This document shows, piece after piece, positions 8,023 through 18,085 of a DNA stretch of 36,966 nt. Each line of letters opens with the position of its first letter. Position 1 is the first letter of the stretch. The translations under genes were made by a program, and so were the position numbers. Under the pieces are notes generated by a model. It made no database searches. It was given only the letters and a program-made list of their open reading frames with translations, and was not told the DNA's origin. Origin of the DNA: Mageeibacillus sp. UBA1255 (GTDB lineage Bacteria; Bacillota; Clostridia; UBA1212; UBA1255); the NCBI GenBank assembly GCA_002308795.1, contig DBVV01000008.1, forward strand, positions 25,540-62,505, read 5' to 3'.

Positions 8023-10401
8023 ATGAAAAAACTAGCAAAAGTTTTTGCCCTTTTGATAGCTATTTCTTTAGTGGTTGCTGTATTTGCCGGTTGTAACGTT
8101 AAACCCGAATATACTGGCGCTGATACGCTGGTTGTAGGTTATTCACGGTTTTCTGGTAAGTTCAGCCCGTTCTTTGCGACCACAGCGTACGATCAGGATG
8201 TTGCTGGTATGACTGCAGTAGGTCTTATTTCTACTGACCGCGAAGGAAATGTTGTTTATAAGGGTATTGAAGGAGAAAAGAGAGTATTCAACGGAACAGA
8301 GTATACATATACTGGACTCTCCGATGTTACTGAGACTATCAATAACGACGGAACTGTTGACTACAACATCAAACTGAGAAAAGGTGTTAAGTTCAGCGAT
8401 GGTAAAGAACTCACCGCCGATGACGTGCTGTTCTCGATGTACGTATACTGCGATCCCGCTTACACCGGATCCACTACGTTCTCGACTCTGCCCATCGTTG
8501 GTATTGAAGAATACCGCGCTAACATGTCTCCTCTCACTACTGTTATCGCAAAGGCAGGCCGCGACGGTTCATCTGATATGTTCACAGCTGAACAGCGCGA
8601 CGCTTTCTGGGCTGCTTACGATAAGGCACTGGTAGATCTCGGAGAAGACATCACCAAATACGTAATGGCTAACTACACTTCCTATGCTTCCAGTAAGTTC
8701 GGAATGGAAGAGGATGCCCTCAAAGCTGACGAGAGACTTTACGTTGCTTTCGGTATGACTATGTGGGGATTCGGCGGAAAGAATGAAGACGGTACATTTA
8801 CCTCTTCTGACGGAAAGAATTTCGACCTTGTAAATTCGTTCCCGACCACTCAGGACTATGCTGCTGCTCTTTATGCTGCATACGGCGACGATCCGATCAC
8901 GATCGAAAAAGAGAAAGCTAACGATCCTGTTGCTTCCTTCATTGAAAAAGAGCTTGGCGATAAGGCTGACGAACTGAGCAAAGCTGTTCAGGTCGGTGAG
9001 TCCGCCGCTAACATCTCCGGTATCGTTAAAGTTAACGACTACGAGATTAATATTAAGATGACGAAGTTTGACGCCGTTGCTATCTACCAGCTGGGTATCA
9101 CAGTTTCCCCGCTGCACTACTATGGCGATGCTTCCAAACTTGACATTAATAATAACTCCTTCGGTTTCACCAAAGGCGATCTGACCTCTGTTAAGGCTAA
9201 GACTTCTGCTCCTATGGGTGCAGGCCCCTACAAGTTCCAGAGCTACGCCAGCGGCGTTGTTACCTTCGAGAGAAATGAAAATTACTTCGACGGCGCTCCG
9301 AAGATCAAGTACATCAAGTTCCAGGAAACCGACGATGCGGATAAGGTTCCGGGTGTTCAGTCCGGTCTGTTCGACGTGACCGATCCTTCATTCAACGATA
9401 CTGCAGTATCTGCTATTAAGAAGGCTAACTCCAACGGTGAGACCACCGGTAACGTCATCACTACAAATACTGTTGATAACCTTGGTTACGGTTACATCGG
9501 CGCTAACGCCACGACCGTTTGTGTCGCCGGCGATTCTAAGAGCGATGCTTCCAAGAGCCTCCGTAAAGCTTTCGCAACACTCTTTGCTGTTAACAGAGAT
9601 AAGAACATCCAGACTTACTACGGCGAGAGAGCTTCTGTTATCCAGTATCCTATTTCCAATACTTCCTGGGCTGCTCCGAAGCCGAACGATGCAGGATACG
9701 AGCTTGCATACTCCAAGGATGTAGATGGAAAGCAGATCTACACATCCACGATGTCACTTGATGAGAAGAAAGCTGCTGCTCTCACGGCCGCTATCGGATT
9801 CTTCAAGGCTGCCGGATTTACCTGGGATGAAGCTTCCGGTAAGTTCACTGCTGCTCCCGAAGGCGCAAAGTTAACTTACGAAGTAATCGTTCCCGGTGAC
9901 GGTGTTGGCGATCACCCCGCTTACGGTATCCTTACCGATACTAAAGAGCAGCTTGCTTCCATCGGTCTCACTCTTGAGATCAATGACCCTGCAGACTCCA
10001 ATATCCTTTGGGATGCTCTGGATGCAGGTACGCAGGATTTCTGGACCGCTGCATGGGGCGCTGCAGTTGACCCTGATATGTATCAGATATACCACAGCTC
10101 CAACGTAGTAGGTGTAGAAGGCTCTTCCGAGTCCAACCACTACAGGATCCAGGATGCTCAGCTCGACCAGCTTATTATGGATGCAAGAGTCAGTGCTGAC
10201 CACGCTTACAGAAAAGGCGTTTACAAGCAGTGCCTTGACATCATTATGGACTGGGGCGTTGAGATCCCGACCTACCAGAGACAGAATGCTATCATCTTCA
10301 GCACCGAGAGAGTTAACCTTAAGACTCTGACTCCGGACATCACGACGTTCTGGGGCTGGATGAATGATATTCAGAATCTTGAGATGAATCCGAAAAACTA
10401 A
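8023..10401 (+). CDS. oppA: Oligopeptide ABC transporter substrate-binding lipoprotein (family 5), enlarged
   Basis: Start moved to ATG 8023 after GGAGG; lipobox FAGC; SBP5 motifs LRKGVKFSDGKELTADDV and PMGAGPYKF; about 792 aa. Confidence 0.92.
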   Translation: MKKLAKVFALLIAISLVVAVFAGCNVKPEYTGADTLVVGYSRFSGKFSPFFATTAYDQDVAGMTAVGLISTDREGNVVYKGIEGEKRVFNGTEYTYTGLSDVTETINNDGTVDYNIKLRKGVKFSDGKELTADDVLFSMYVYCDPAYTGSTTFSTLPIVGIEEYRANMSPLTTVIAKAGRDGSSDMFTAEQRDAFWAAYDKALVDLGEDITKYVMANYTSYASSKFGMEEDALKADERLYVAFGMTMWGFGGKNEDGTFTSSDGKNFDLVNSFPTTQDYAAALYAAYGDDPITIEKEKANDPVASFIEKELGDKADELSKAVQVGESAANISGIVKVNDYEINIKMTKFDAVAIYQLGITVSPLHYYGDASKLDINNNSFGFTKGDLTSVKAKTSAPMGAGPYKFQSYASGVVTFERNENYFDGAPKIKYIKFQETDDADKVPGVQSGLFDVTDPSFNDTAVSAIKKANSNGETTGNVITTNTVDNLGYGYIGANATTVCVAGDSKSDASKSLRKAFATLFAVNRDKNIQTYYGERASVIQYPISNTSWAAPKPNDAGYELAYSKDVDGKQIYTSTMSLDEKKAAALTAAIGFFKAAGFTWDEASGKFTAAPEGAKLTYEVIVPGDGVGDHPAYGILTDTKEQLASIGLTLEINDPADSNILWDALDAGTQDFWTAAWGAAVDPDMYQIYHSSNVVGVEGSSESNHYRIQDAQLDQLIMDARVSADHAYRKGVYKQCLDIIMDWGVEIPTYQRQNAIIFSTERVNLKTLTPDITTFWGWMNDIQNLEMNPKN

Positions 10402-10422
10402 TTAATAGGTTTTCTTCTCAGC

Positions 10423-10461
10423 GTTTCGGCAAGCACCGTGACCGGTGCTTGCCGAAACTTT
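10423..10461 (+). terminator. Intercistronic stem-loop after oppA
   Basis: Perfect 16-bp stem GTTTCGGCAAGCACCG/CGGTGCTTGCCGAAAC with a 4-nt loop, followed by TTT. Confidence 0.8.
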
Positions 10462-10492
10462 CGTATCGTGGAACCAATCTAAGGAGCAATAT

Positions 10493-11494
10493 ATGGGTAA
10501 GTTTATAGTAAAAAGGTTACTGCTCTGTGTTGTAATTTTTTTCTTTGCAATGTTTCTGATATATACTCTTATTTATAATCTGCCATCAAGTTATGTGGAA
10601 ACTACGGCACGTGAGCTGGCATCGGCAACATCGAAATTTGGCGGAAAGACGTATCAGGAATGGCTTGATCAGCTTAATGCAGATTACGGTATGGATAAAG
10701 GTCTCGTAGTCGGGTATTTTACCTGGCTGAGTAATGCTTTGCGCGGCAATTTCGGCGACAGCTGGAAGTGGAATATGTCGTGTACGCAGAAATTCTCCGC
10801 CGTTATCTGGAACAGTTTCATTCTCGGGCTGATATCATTTATATTTGAAATTCTTATTGCTATCCCGCTGGGCGTTGTCGCAGCGAGAAAGCAGTACAGC
10901 ATAACCGACTATACGGTTACAGTAGTGTCGCTCGTCGGCATATCTCTTCCGACGTTCTTTATTGCCACAGTACTGAAACTGATTTTTGCAATCAAACTCA
11001 AGTGGTTCGATCTGGGCGGAATGCATAGCCGGAATTTTATAGCCGCTACGGCGACAGGATGGGAGAATTTCCTTGATCTCGCAAAGCACTTCTTCCTTCC
11101 CGCACTTACATTGATTTTTTTAAGCATCGGTGGTCTTATGCGTTATACGCGTACGAACATGCTCGAAGTTCTTAACGCCGATTATATCAGAACGGCGAGA
11201 GCAAAGGGACTTCCGGAGAGCAAGGTCATCGGACTCCATGCTTTTAGAAATACACTTATTCCCGTCGTTACGCTGCTGGGCGGGACGCTTCCCGGACTGT
11301 TCTCGGGAGCAATGATCACAGAAACGCTGTTTTCGATCGAGGGTATCGGATATATAAGCTACCAGTCGATGGTAGGAGGAGATATTCCGTTCACGATGTT
11401 CTATCTGGCGCTGATGTCCATCCTCACTTTGCTCGGAAACCTGATTTCAGATATATTGTATGCCGTGGTAGACCCGCGCGTACGTGTGAATTGA
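10493..11494 (+). CDS. oppB: Oligopeptide ABC transporter permease
   Basis: RBS AAGGAG before ATG 10493; EAA-like loop DYIRTARAKGL, HAFRN, ITETLF motifs. Confidence 0.95.
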   Translation: MGKFIVKRLLLCVVIFFFAMFLIYTLIYNLPSSYVETTARELASATSKFGGKTYQEWLDQLNADYGMDKGLVVGYFTWLSNALRGNFGDSWKWNMSCTQKFSAVIWNSFILGLISFIFEILIAIPLGVVAARKQYSITDYTVTVVSLVGISLPTFFIATVLKLIFAIKLKWFDLGGMHSRNFIAATATGWENFLDLAKHFFLPALTLIFLSIGGLMRYTRTNMLEVLNADYIRTARAKGLPESKVIGLHAFRNTLIPVVTLLGGTLPGLFSGAMITETLFSIEGIGYISYQSMVGGDIPFTMFYLALMSILTLLGNLISDILYAVVDPRVRVN

Positions 11495-11498
11495 GGTG

Positions 11499-13397
11499 AT
11501 GAGCGTGGCAGATAAAGTTAATTTATTAAACGAAAAACTTAAGGCGAAGGAAGCAGCAGAGGTCGCTAATAATCAAGCTAATGAAAATGAACCGATGAAG
11601 CTTGACGACGCCGCGAGAGTTAAGGTGCTCAGCCCCGCCCGTCTTGTCGCAAAACGATTTTTCAGGAACAAGCTCGCCATGGTCGGTCTGGTGCTCCTTG
11701 TGCTCCTCTTCTCGTTTTCTTTCTTAGGCCCTATCGTCTACCCTTACGGTCAGACAGAGAAATTCTCGAACACCAAGATGCTTGACCTGGAATATGCGGT
11801 AAGCGGAATTCCGTCATCGTATACCAGATACGTTCTTGAAGAAGAGCAGATGAAGGATATCGTTAATTACACTGACTCCTTTATTATCGACATAAACAAG
11901 GACGGCGCTGACGTAAACGAAAAAGTATTCGAAAAGAACAATGAAAAATACAAGCTTGTACGCATAGGCGAAAACCTGTATTCGTTGTCCAAAGTCGGCG
12001 GATATGCCGGAAAGATCGACAGACAGACCGGAGATATCTCTGACGGAAAATTCAGCGACGGCGCAAAAGCTGCTATATTAGAGGCGTATGCCGCTAACCA
12101 GGAGACCGCGACGTTTGGGGATATCGAATATAAACTTATATACGGTTCAAAGAGCCAGGGTACCACGATCTATTCTGATTTCGAAGAATCTGACATAAAG
12201 GAAGGTCTGCTGGCCTCCAAGCTCGTATTCGACAAATATTCTCCGGATTCCGAGATCAAGGATGAGTTTAAGATCGCCGCACTTCGTGCGCTCTATTCGG
12301 ACGGTAAATTCTCGATCGACGGAAAAGAGTATACGATCGACGAAGAGCAGGGTGAAAGCCTTATTAAAGACGATTCCGGAAACGTTGTTTTCGGTATCTC
12401 AAATTACTCGATAACCAACGTTGACGGACAGGATTCGCTTCCTCTCGACTTCAAAAAAGCATTTACCGTTGCAGTAGAGGATATGCAAAAAGCAGGGGCA
12501 CGTGAAGGTAAATTTAATTACCGCGTTCCTCAGATCGATCCTGAAACGATGCAGTACGTTTACGACGAGGGAGGAAACCTTGTACTTCAGGAAGAGGAAC
12601 TTTCCATCACGAGAAAAGAGACTGCAGGCGAAGTACGTTATTACGCCCGTTACAATCAGATAACGGAAGTTTACGCGACTTATATTGCTCCTTCGTTCAC
12701 GCACTGGCTGGGCACCGACGGTGACGGATTTGACGTTCTTTCCCGTATCATGTACGGCGGACGTATTTCGCTGATGGTCGGATTCGTTGTAGTTATACTT
12801 GAAACTATACTGGGCGTTATTATGGGCGGTATCGCAGGCTTCTTCGGCGGCTGGGTTGATACCCTTATAATGAGACTTGTAGATATATTCTACTGCATCC
12901 CCACGATGCCTATTATGATCATAATCGCATCGGTATTCGATAAACTGAAGATGCCTCCGTATGAGCGTCTTATGTGGATGATGGTCATGCTGGGAGTCCT
13001 GGGCTGGTCAGGAATCGCAAGATTGGTCAGAGGACAGATATTGTCCCTGAGAGAGCAGGAATTCATGACGGCAGCAGAGGCGACCGGTCTGAAGACCAGC
13101 AGACGTATCTTCAAACACCTTGTCCCCAACGTTATGCCTCAGCTGATCGTTTCGATGACAATGGGTCTCGGCAGCGTTATCCTTTTGGAATCTACGCTTT
13201 CCTACTTAGGCCTCGGTGTTAAACACCCGCTGGCAACGTGGGGCAACATCATCAACTCCGTTTCCACGATCGATGCTATGGAGGAATATACATATATCTG
13301 GATACCTGTAGGCGTGCTTATCTGTCTCGCTGTTATTGCTTTCAACTTCGTCGGCGACGGTCTGCGTGACGCGTTCGACCCCAGGATGAAGCGCTGA
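11499..13397 (+). CDS. oppC: Oligopeptide ABC transporter permease with a large extracytoplasmic insertion
   Basis: RFFRNKLAM N-terminal motif; HWLGTDGDGFDVLSRIMYGGRISL; FNFVGDGLRDAFDP. Exact start (11496, 11499 or 11505) uncertain. Confidence 0.93.
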   Translation: MSVADKVNLLNEKLKAKEAAEVANNQANENEPMKLDDAARVKVLSPARLVAKRFFRNKLAMVGLVLLVLLFSFSFLGPIVYPYGQTEKFSNTKMLDLEYAVSGIPSSYTRYVLEEEQMKDIVNYTDSFIIDINKDGADVNEKVFEKNNEKYKLVRIGENLYSLSKVGGYAGKIDRQTGDISDGKFSDGAKAAILEAYAANQETATFGDIEYKLIYGSKSQGTTIYSDFEESDIKEGLLASKLVFDKYSPDSEIKDEFKIAALRALYSDGKFSIDGKEYTIDEEQGESLIKDDSGNVVFGISNYSITNVDGQDSLPLDFKKAFTVAVEDMQKAGAREGKFNYRVPQIDPETMQYVYDEGGNLVLQEEELSITRKETAGEVRYYARYNQITEVYATYIAPSFTHWLGTDGDGFDVLSRIMYGGRISLMVGFVVVILETILGVIMGGIAGFFGGWVDTLIMRLVDIFYCIPTMPIMIIIASVFDKLKMPPYERLMWMMVMLGVLGWSGIARLVRGQILSLREQEFMTAAEATGLKTSRRIFKHLVPNVMPQLIVSMTMGLGSVILLESTLSYLGLGVKHPLATWGNIINSVSTIDAMEEYTYIWIPVGVLICLAVIAFNFVGDGLRDAFDPRMKR

Positions 13398-13415
13398 TCG
13401 GACGGGAGGTATATC

Positions 13416-14606
13416 ATGGCATTAGGTAAAAGAAAAAATGTAAATTACATAACCGGTAAAGAGTCGCACTACATCTCAAAGCGCAACAGAAGGATCACGA
13501 AGAAGCTCGAAAAAGAGAGAAACAATTCCAAGAAGGATCCGTCTCAGTATATGACCAAGATGCGCGACGAGAACAACGTCGTCGAGCTGGACAACGTCTG
13601 TACGTATTTCTTTACGGATATAGGCGTGGTGAGAGCCGTTGACGGCGTATCGTTCGATATTCCGCGCTGCTCTACCGTAGGCGTCGTAGGTGAGTCCGGC
13701 TGCGGCAAGAGCGTTACTTCGCTGTCTCTCATGCAGCTGGTGCAGCGCCCCACGGGTCAGGTCGTCGGAGGCGAGATCCGCCTGAACAACGACGACGGTA
13801 CCGCGTATAATATTGTCAACACACCCACGGTCATCATGCAGGAGATCCGCGGCAATAAAATGTCGATGATCTTCCAGGAGCCCATGACGAGCCTTAACCC
13901 CGTGTTCAGGATCGGGGCTCAGATCAATGAAGTCATCGAGCTGCACAACGAAGGCATGACCAAGGAACAGATCAAAGAGCGTACGATGGAAATGCTCAAG
14001 ATGGTCGGTATCGCCAATGCCGAGGGTGTATATAACATGTACCCGCATGAGCTTTCCGGCGGTATGCGTCAACGTGTTATGATCGCTATTGCCCTCGCGT
14101 GCAATCCCAAGCTGATCATTGCCGACGAGCCCACGACGGCTCTGGACGTTACCATTCAGGCACAGATACTTGACCTTTTGAGAAACCTTAAGAATAAGAT
14201 CAACAGCTCGATCATGCTGATCACGCACGACCTCGGCGTTATCGCAGAAATGGCAGACTACGTCGTAGTTATGTACGCAGGCCGCGTAGTAGAGAAGGGA
14301 ACTGCGGAGGATATTTTCCACAATCCGTGCCACCCGTACACGATCGGACTGATGAAATCAAAGCCTGTAGTAGGTAAAAAAGTAAAAGATCTTTACAATA
14401 TTCCGGGCAACGTTCCCAACCCTGTCAATATGCCTGACTATTGTTATTTCAGAGACCGCTGTGAATTCTGCGACAATGAAAAATGCTCGGGTAAATATCC
14501 GCCCGAGATCAAGATCAGCGATACGCACGTCGTTTCCTGCTACCGTTTCATCGACAAAGGCGAAGTGGTGGGATATCCCCAGATTATTGACCCGGAGGAT
14601 CTGTGA
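13416..14606 (+). CDS. oppD: Oligopeptide ABC transporter ATP-binding protein
   Basis: GESGCGKS, LSGGMRQR, DEPTTALD; Cys-rich C-terminal domain. Confidence 0.96.
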   Translation: MALGKRKNVNYITGKESHYISKRNRRITKKLEKERNNSKKDPSQYMTKMRDENNVVELDNVCTYFFTDIGVVRAVDGVSFDIPRCSTVGVVGESGCGKSVTSLSLMQLVQRPTGQVVGGEIRLNNDDGTAYNIVNTPTVIMQEIRGNKMSMIFQEPMTSLNPVFRIGAQINEVIELHNEGMTKEQIKERTMEMLKMVGIANAEGVYNMYPHELSGGMRQRVMIAIALACNPKLIIADEPTTALDVTIQAQILDLLRNLKNKINSSIMLITHDLGVIAEMADYVVVMYAGRVVEKGTAEDIFHNPCHPYTIGLMKSKPVVGKKVKDLYNIPGNVPNPVNMPDYCYFRDRCEFCDNEKCSGKYPPEIKISDTHVVSCYRFIDKGEVVGYPQIIDPEDL

Positions 14607-15742
14607 AAATGGACGATAACAACTTGATGCAGAATAACAATAATGACGATTACGTGCTTGAAGTACGGAATCTGAAAAAATATTTCCCTATCAAATCAAG
14701 CTTCCTTCGACTGGTCATCGGAAACGTTAAAGCTGTTGACGGCATTTCCTTCAAGATCAAGAGAGGTACTACGATGGGTCTGGTCGGCGAGTCCGGATGC
14801 GGTAAATCTACAGCCGGCAGGACGCTTTTAAGACTTCAGGATAAGACGGAAGGCGAAGTGCTGTTCAACGGGATCGATATATTTAAATTGTCCCGCGCCG
14901 AACTCCGCAATTTAAGACCGAAGATCCAGATAATATTCCAGGATCCGTATTCCAGCTTATCACCCAGAATGCCTATCGGCGAGATCATCGGCGAAGCGGT
15001 GAGGGAACACAATATTGTCCCTAAAGAAGAATACGACGCGTATATCACCAGAATAATGAAAGCATGCGGTCTTCAGGAATACCATAAAGACCGTTATCCG
15101 CATGAATTTTCAGGCGGTCAGCGTCAGAGGATATGCATAGCGCGTTCGCTCGCTCTGAATCCTGATTTCATCGTTTGCGACGAGCCCGTATCCGCTCTGG
15201 ACGTTTCGATACAGGCGCAGATCATCAACCTGCTCAAGCAGCTTCAGAGGGAGTTCAACCTTACGTATCTGTTCATTTCTCACGACCTTTCTGTCGTCGA
15301 GCATATTTCAGATACGGTAGGCGTTATGTACCTGGGCAGCCTGGTCGAATATTCCGACACGGACCATATTTTCAGTAACCCGCTCCATCCGTACACGAAA
15401 GCGCTGTTTTCGGCGATCCCGGTACCGGATCCGAATGTAAAAATGGACCGTATCGTGCTGGAAGGCAGCATTCCTTCTCCGGCAAATCCGCCTAAAGGAT
15501 GTAAATTCCACACGCGCTGCAACCAGTGCATGAAGATTTGCGAGAAAGCTCAGCCGCTTTACAAGGAAGTAGAGCCCGGTCATTTCTGTGCTTGCCATCT
15601 GTATAACAACACAGAGGAGCAGATCGAGGCTGAGAAAGAGTACGACAGAGTGGCAGCCGAGGAGGCTCTGGAAGAGCAGAAACGCAAAAAGAAAAATAAA
15701 AACAATAAAAAGAAAGACGACGGCGGCGCAGGGAAAGCATGA
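14603..15742 (+). CDS. oppF: Oligopeptide ABC transporter ATP-binding protein
   Basis: GESGCGKST, FSGGQRQR, DEPVSALD, PSPANPPKGCKFHTRC. Start may be 14609. Confidence 0.96.
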   Translation: MKMDDNNLMQNNNNDDYVLEVRNLKKYFPIKSSFLRLVIGNVKAVDGISFKIKRGTTMGLVGESGCGKSTAGRTLLRLQDKTEGEVLFNGIDIFKLSRAELRNLRPKIQIIFQDPYSSLSPRMPIGEIIGEAVREHNIVPKEEYDAYITRIMKACGLQEYHKDRYPHEFSGGQRQRICIARSLALNPDFIVCDEPVSALDVSIQAQIINLLKQLQREFNLTYLFISHDLSVVEHISDTVGVMYLGSLVEYSDTDHIFSNPLHPYTKALFSAIPVPDPNVKMDRIVLEGSIPSPANPPKGCKFHTRCNQCMKICEKAQPLYKEVEPGHFCACHLYNNTEEQIEAEKEYDRVAAEEALEEQKRKKKNKNNKKKDDGGAGKA

Positions 15743-15751
15743 TTTGCTGTC

Positions 15752-15780
15752 AGGGCAGGCGTATTGAGCCTGCCTTTTTT
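15752..15780 (+). terminator. Possible intrinsic terminator after oppF
   Basis: AGGGCAGGC...GCCTGCCTT stem ending in a T-run. Confidence 0.55.
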
Positions 15781-15799
15781 ACCTGACCGGAGATTGATC

Positions 15800-16087
15800 A
15801 TGGCACGGAAAAAGGAAAAAATCGATGATGACGGAAGAGTGATCGCCAACATGAACGTTGACGGCATGCCCTGGTACGCGGGTTTTACGCGCGGCAAAGG
15901 CGGCGATGCTGATCCGTCTGTGCCTGTTGATCCTGAGGCTAACAGGGAGGAACTTTCCAAGCTCGGGAAGAAGCAGACGTTCTTCCTAATCCTCGGAGTG
16001 CTGGGGGCGGCAATGGCTATAGCGGCCGTGTTTGCTCTTGGATATCTCGCATTTATACTTTTCGCACAGTTCGTCTGGTTCAAATGA
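15800..16087 (+). CDS. Small membrane protein (DDDGRVIANMNVDGMPWY motif)
   Basis: ATG 15800 after GGAG; conserved-looking N-terminal motif and a C-terminal hydrophobic helix. Confidence 0.8.
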   Translation: MARKKEKIDDDGRVIANMNVDGMPWYAGFTRGKGGDADPSVPVDPEANREELSKLGKKQTFFLILGVLGAAMAIAAVFALGYLAFILFAQFVWFK

Positions 16088-16157
16088 GCCGGGATACCGG
16101 CAGCACAGGAGGCCTGTCCGATGAGCGGATGGCCGTCAATGAAAGGAGATCGTTATT

Positions 16158-17594
16158 ATGACAACAAAGATCGCGAAAAAAGTTTTTATAGTTTCGTTAG
16201 TCGCACTGCTTATATGTGCTATGGCGTTTACCGGGTGCAAGATCAAAAAGAAGACGCCTGAAGAAATGCTTTCATGTGCATTGACTACCTCGAAGGCGTC
16301 ATTCGAAGAAAAAAATTCGATCGTCGAAACTGCGAAAACCTTGAAAGACGGACTCGTCACGGTCGTTATTGACGGCGGAGAAGAGGGAGCGTCAATGACT
16401 CTTTATTATAAGGACGGTAAGCTGGCGATTGACACGGGCTTTTTAGGTGAGCTGATCGGAATAGACCTTAGCGAACTTAAAGATAAATTCCCGAAGTCTA
16501 TGTTCGGTACCGAAGGCGGAAATCTGTTCAACTTTAAAAAGAGCGACGAACAGGAGCTTATCGATGCGGCTGAGAAATTCACGCATGCCGAAGACGTCGA
16601 TATCGTAAAAGAAATTATGGATATCGTGAAGGAAAACGGCACGATGACTGCCGAATACGGCAGCAAGGTCGAGCTCAGATCCGGCGATACGAAGGCAGAC
16701 GTCCTTAATCTTTCGTTTACGGCGGAGCAGGTAAAAAAGATCTTCAATGATGTTTTTGAAAAGCTGAACGGTTTGGCTTCCAGGATCACCGGTGACGAAT
16801 CGTTTAAGCTTGACTCCGATATCATCGTTTCCGGTGACATCGGCGATAATGACGAGGCTGCTAACGTAAAGCTTTATACTGACACAAAGACCGGTGAGAT
16901 CCTCGGCGGTGTAGTCGTGATCAGAGAAGCAGATGAAGAGAATGATCTGACCGTTAAATTTGACGTCGAGAGGGACGACAATACTGTTAAATATGAGCTT
17001 CGTGTTCCTGGTGAGGACGAGGATTTTAATGCCGTTTTTACCGTTTCGAACGCCGGCGGAAGTGAGCAGATCCGTTTTTCTGCTGATGGGGAAGAGGTTT
17101 TCAAGTACGAGTTTAGCCGCGAGGGTAAATTTGTTGCTGTTTCGTTATTTGGTCATGAGAGCAGATTGAACTATGACGTTGAGCGCCGTGCTGATGATTC
17201 TGTTAAGTCTGTATCGGCTTCTTTCGAGATCCCGGCTGAGATGCTGGGCGGGATCGTCGGACCGTTATTTGGTTCTGCATTCGGCGGTTTCGGATTCGGA
17301 GGTGAGGATTTCGGATTCGGAGGTGAGGATTTCGGATTCGGCGGCGAGGATTTCGGCGAAGAGCCTGACTTTAACGATTACGATTATGATTATGATTATG
17401 ATAACGGTTATGATTATGATAACGATTATGATTATGATAACGATTATGATTATGTTCCCGCGAACGTTAAAGTCCGGATGAACTGCGACGTCGAGGGGGC
17501 AATGCCTGAGTACAGAAACATTCTGGATATGTCTGCTGCGGACCTCCAGAAAATGTTAATGGATCTATTACTCTCCGGCGCGGTCCAGGAGTGA
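16158..17594 (+). CDS. Hypothetical lipoprotein with internal low-complexity repeats
   Basis: RBS AAAGGAG; lipobox FTGC; beta-rich acidic body; (FGFGGED)3 and (DY)n tracts near the C-terminus. Confidence 0.85.
   Translation: MTTKIAKKVFIVSLVALLICAMAFTGCKIKKKTPEEMLSCALTTSKASFEEKNSIVETAKTLKDGLVTVVIDGGEEGASMTLYYKDGKLAIDTGFLGELIGIDLSELKDKFPKSMFGTEGGNLFNFKKSDEQELIDAAEKFTHAEDVDIVKEIMDIVKENGTMTAEYGSKVELRSGDTKADVLNLSFTAEQVKKIFNDVFEKLNGLASRITGDESFKLDSDIIVSGDIGDNDEAANVKLYTDTKTGEILGGVVVIREADEENDLTVKFDVERDDNTVKYELRVPGEDEDFNAVFTVSNAGGSEQIRFSADGEEVFKYEFSREGKFVAVSLFGHESRLNYDVERRADDSVKSVSASFEIPAEMLGGIVGPLFGSAFGGFGFGGEDFGFGGEDFGFGGEDFGEEPDFNDYDYDYDYDNGYDYDNDYDYDNDYDYVPANVKVRMNCDVEGAMPEYRNILDMSAADLQKMLMDLLLSGAVQE
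17289..17453 (+). repeat. In-frame tandem repeats: 21-nt x3 and a GATTAT-based array
   Basis: TTCGGATTCGG(A/C)GG(T/C)GAGGAT x3 at 17289-17351; GATTAT/GATAAC units at 17373-17453 encoding NDYDYDYDYDNGYDYDNDYDYDNDYDY. Confidence 0.95.
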
Positions 17595-17669
17595 ATATAG
17601 CGGGCGTCAATGACCGCATATGATCTGAAACAGTTGATCGTTTATCATTTATCATTTATCATGTTTTAT

Positions 17670-17696
17670 GCCGGACCTTCGGGCCCGGTTTTTTTA
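17670..17696 (+). terminator. Intrinsic terminator
   Basis: GCCGGACC-TTCG-GGCCCGGT stem with a UUCG loop followed by a T-run; preceded by TTTATCA x3 (17641-17661). Confidence 0.75.
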
Positions 17697-17922
17697 TGCC
17701 CTTCGGGGCCGTATATCACGAGCCGGGGAAGCGTTTTGAAGAGACGGCGGATTTTTCGGAAATATTTTTCTGTGCTGTGATTGAACAAAATTCTGCGCAG
17801 TCAACAGCGCCGCCGAAAACGTGCTTAACAGCCCCGTATTCGGATTTTAACATCCACAACCAAATATCATTTTTCGACGTTCCGGAAAAGTTAAAAAAAA
17901 CGAGCGCGGCGTAAAACTCTTG

Positions 17923-17931
17923 TGATAGAAT
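17923..17931 (+). promoter_or_regulatory. Extended -10 promoter candidate for the kinase/adhesin locus
   Basis: TG-A-TAGAAT; no good -35 element. Confidence 0.4.
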
Positions 17932-18085
17932 CCGGCTCCCGGACAGAAAACCGCGAATGCCCGAAGCGTGGTCAATGTCAGCGGGGCAAGGGCGGCCGTT
18001 TTCCTGACGGTTCATAAAACGGATCCGCGGCGGAATTCCCTTTGCGGCTGCCCTTTTCAAAACGCATCGGGGACGGAGGGTCAGA

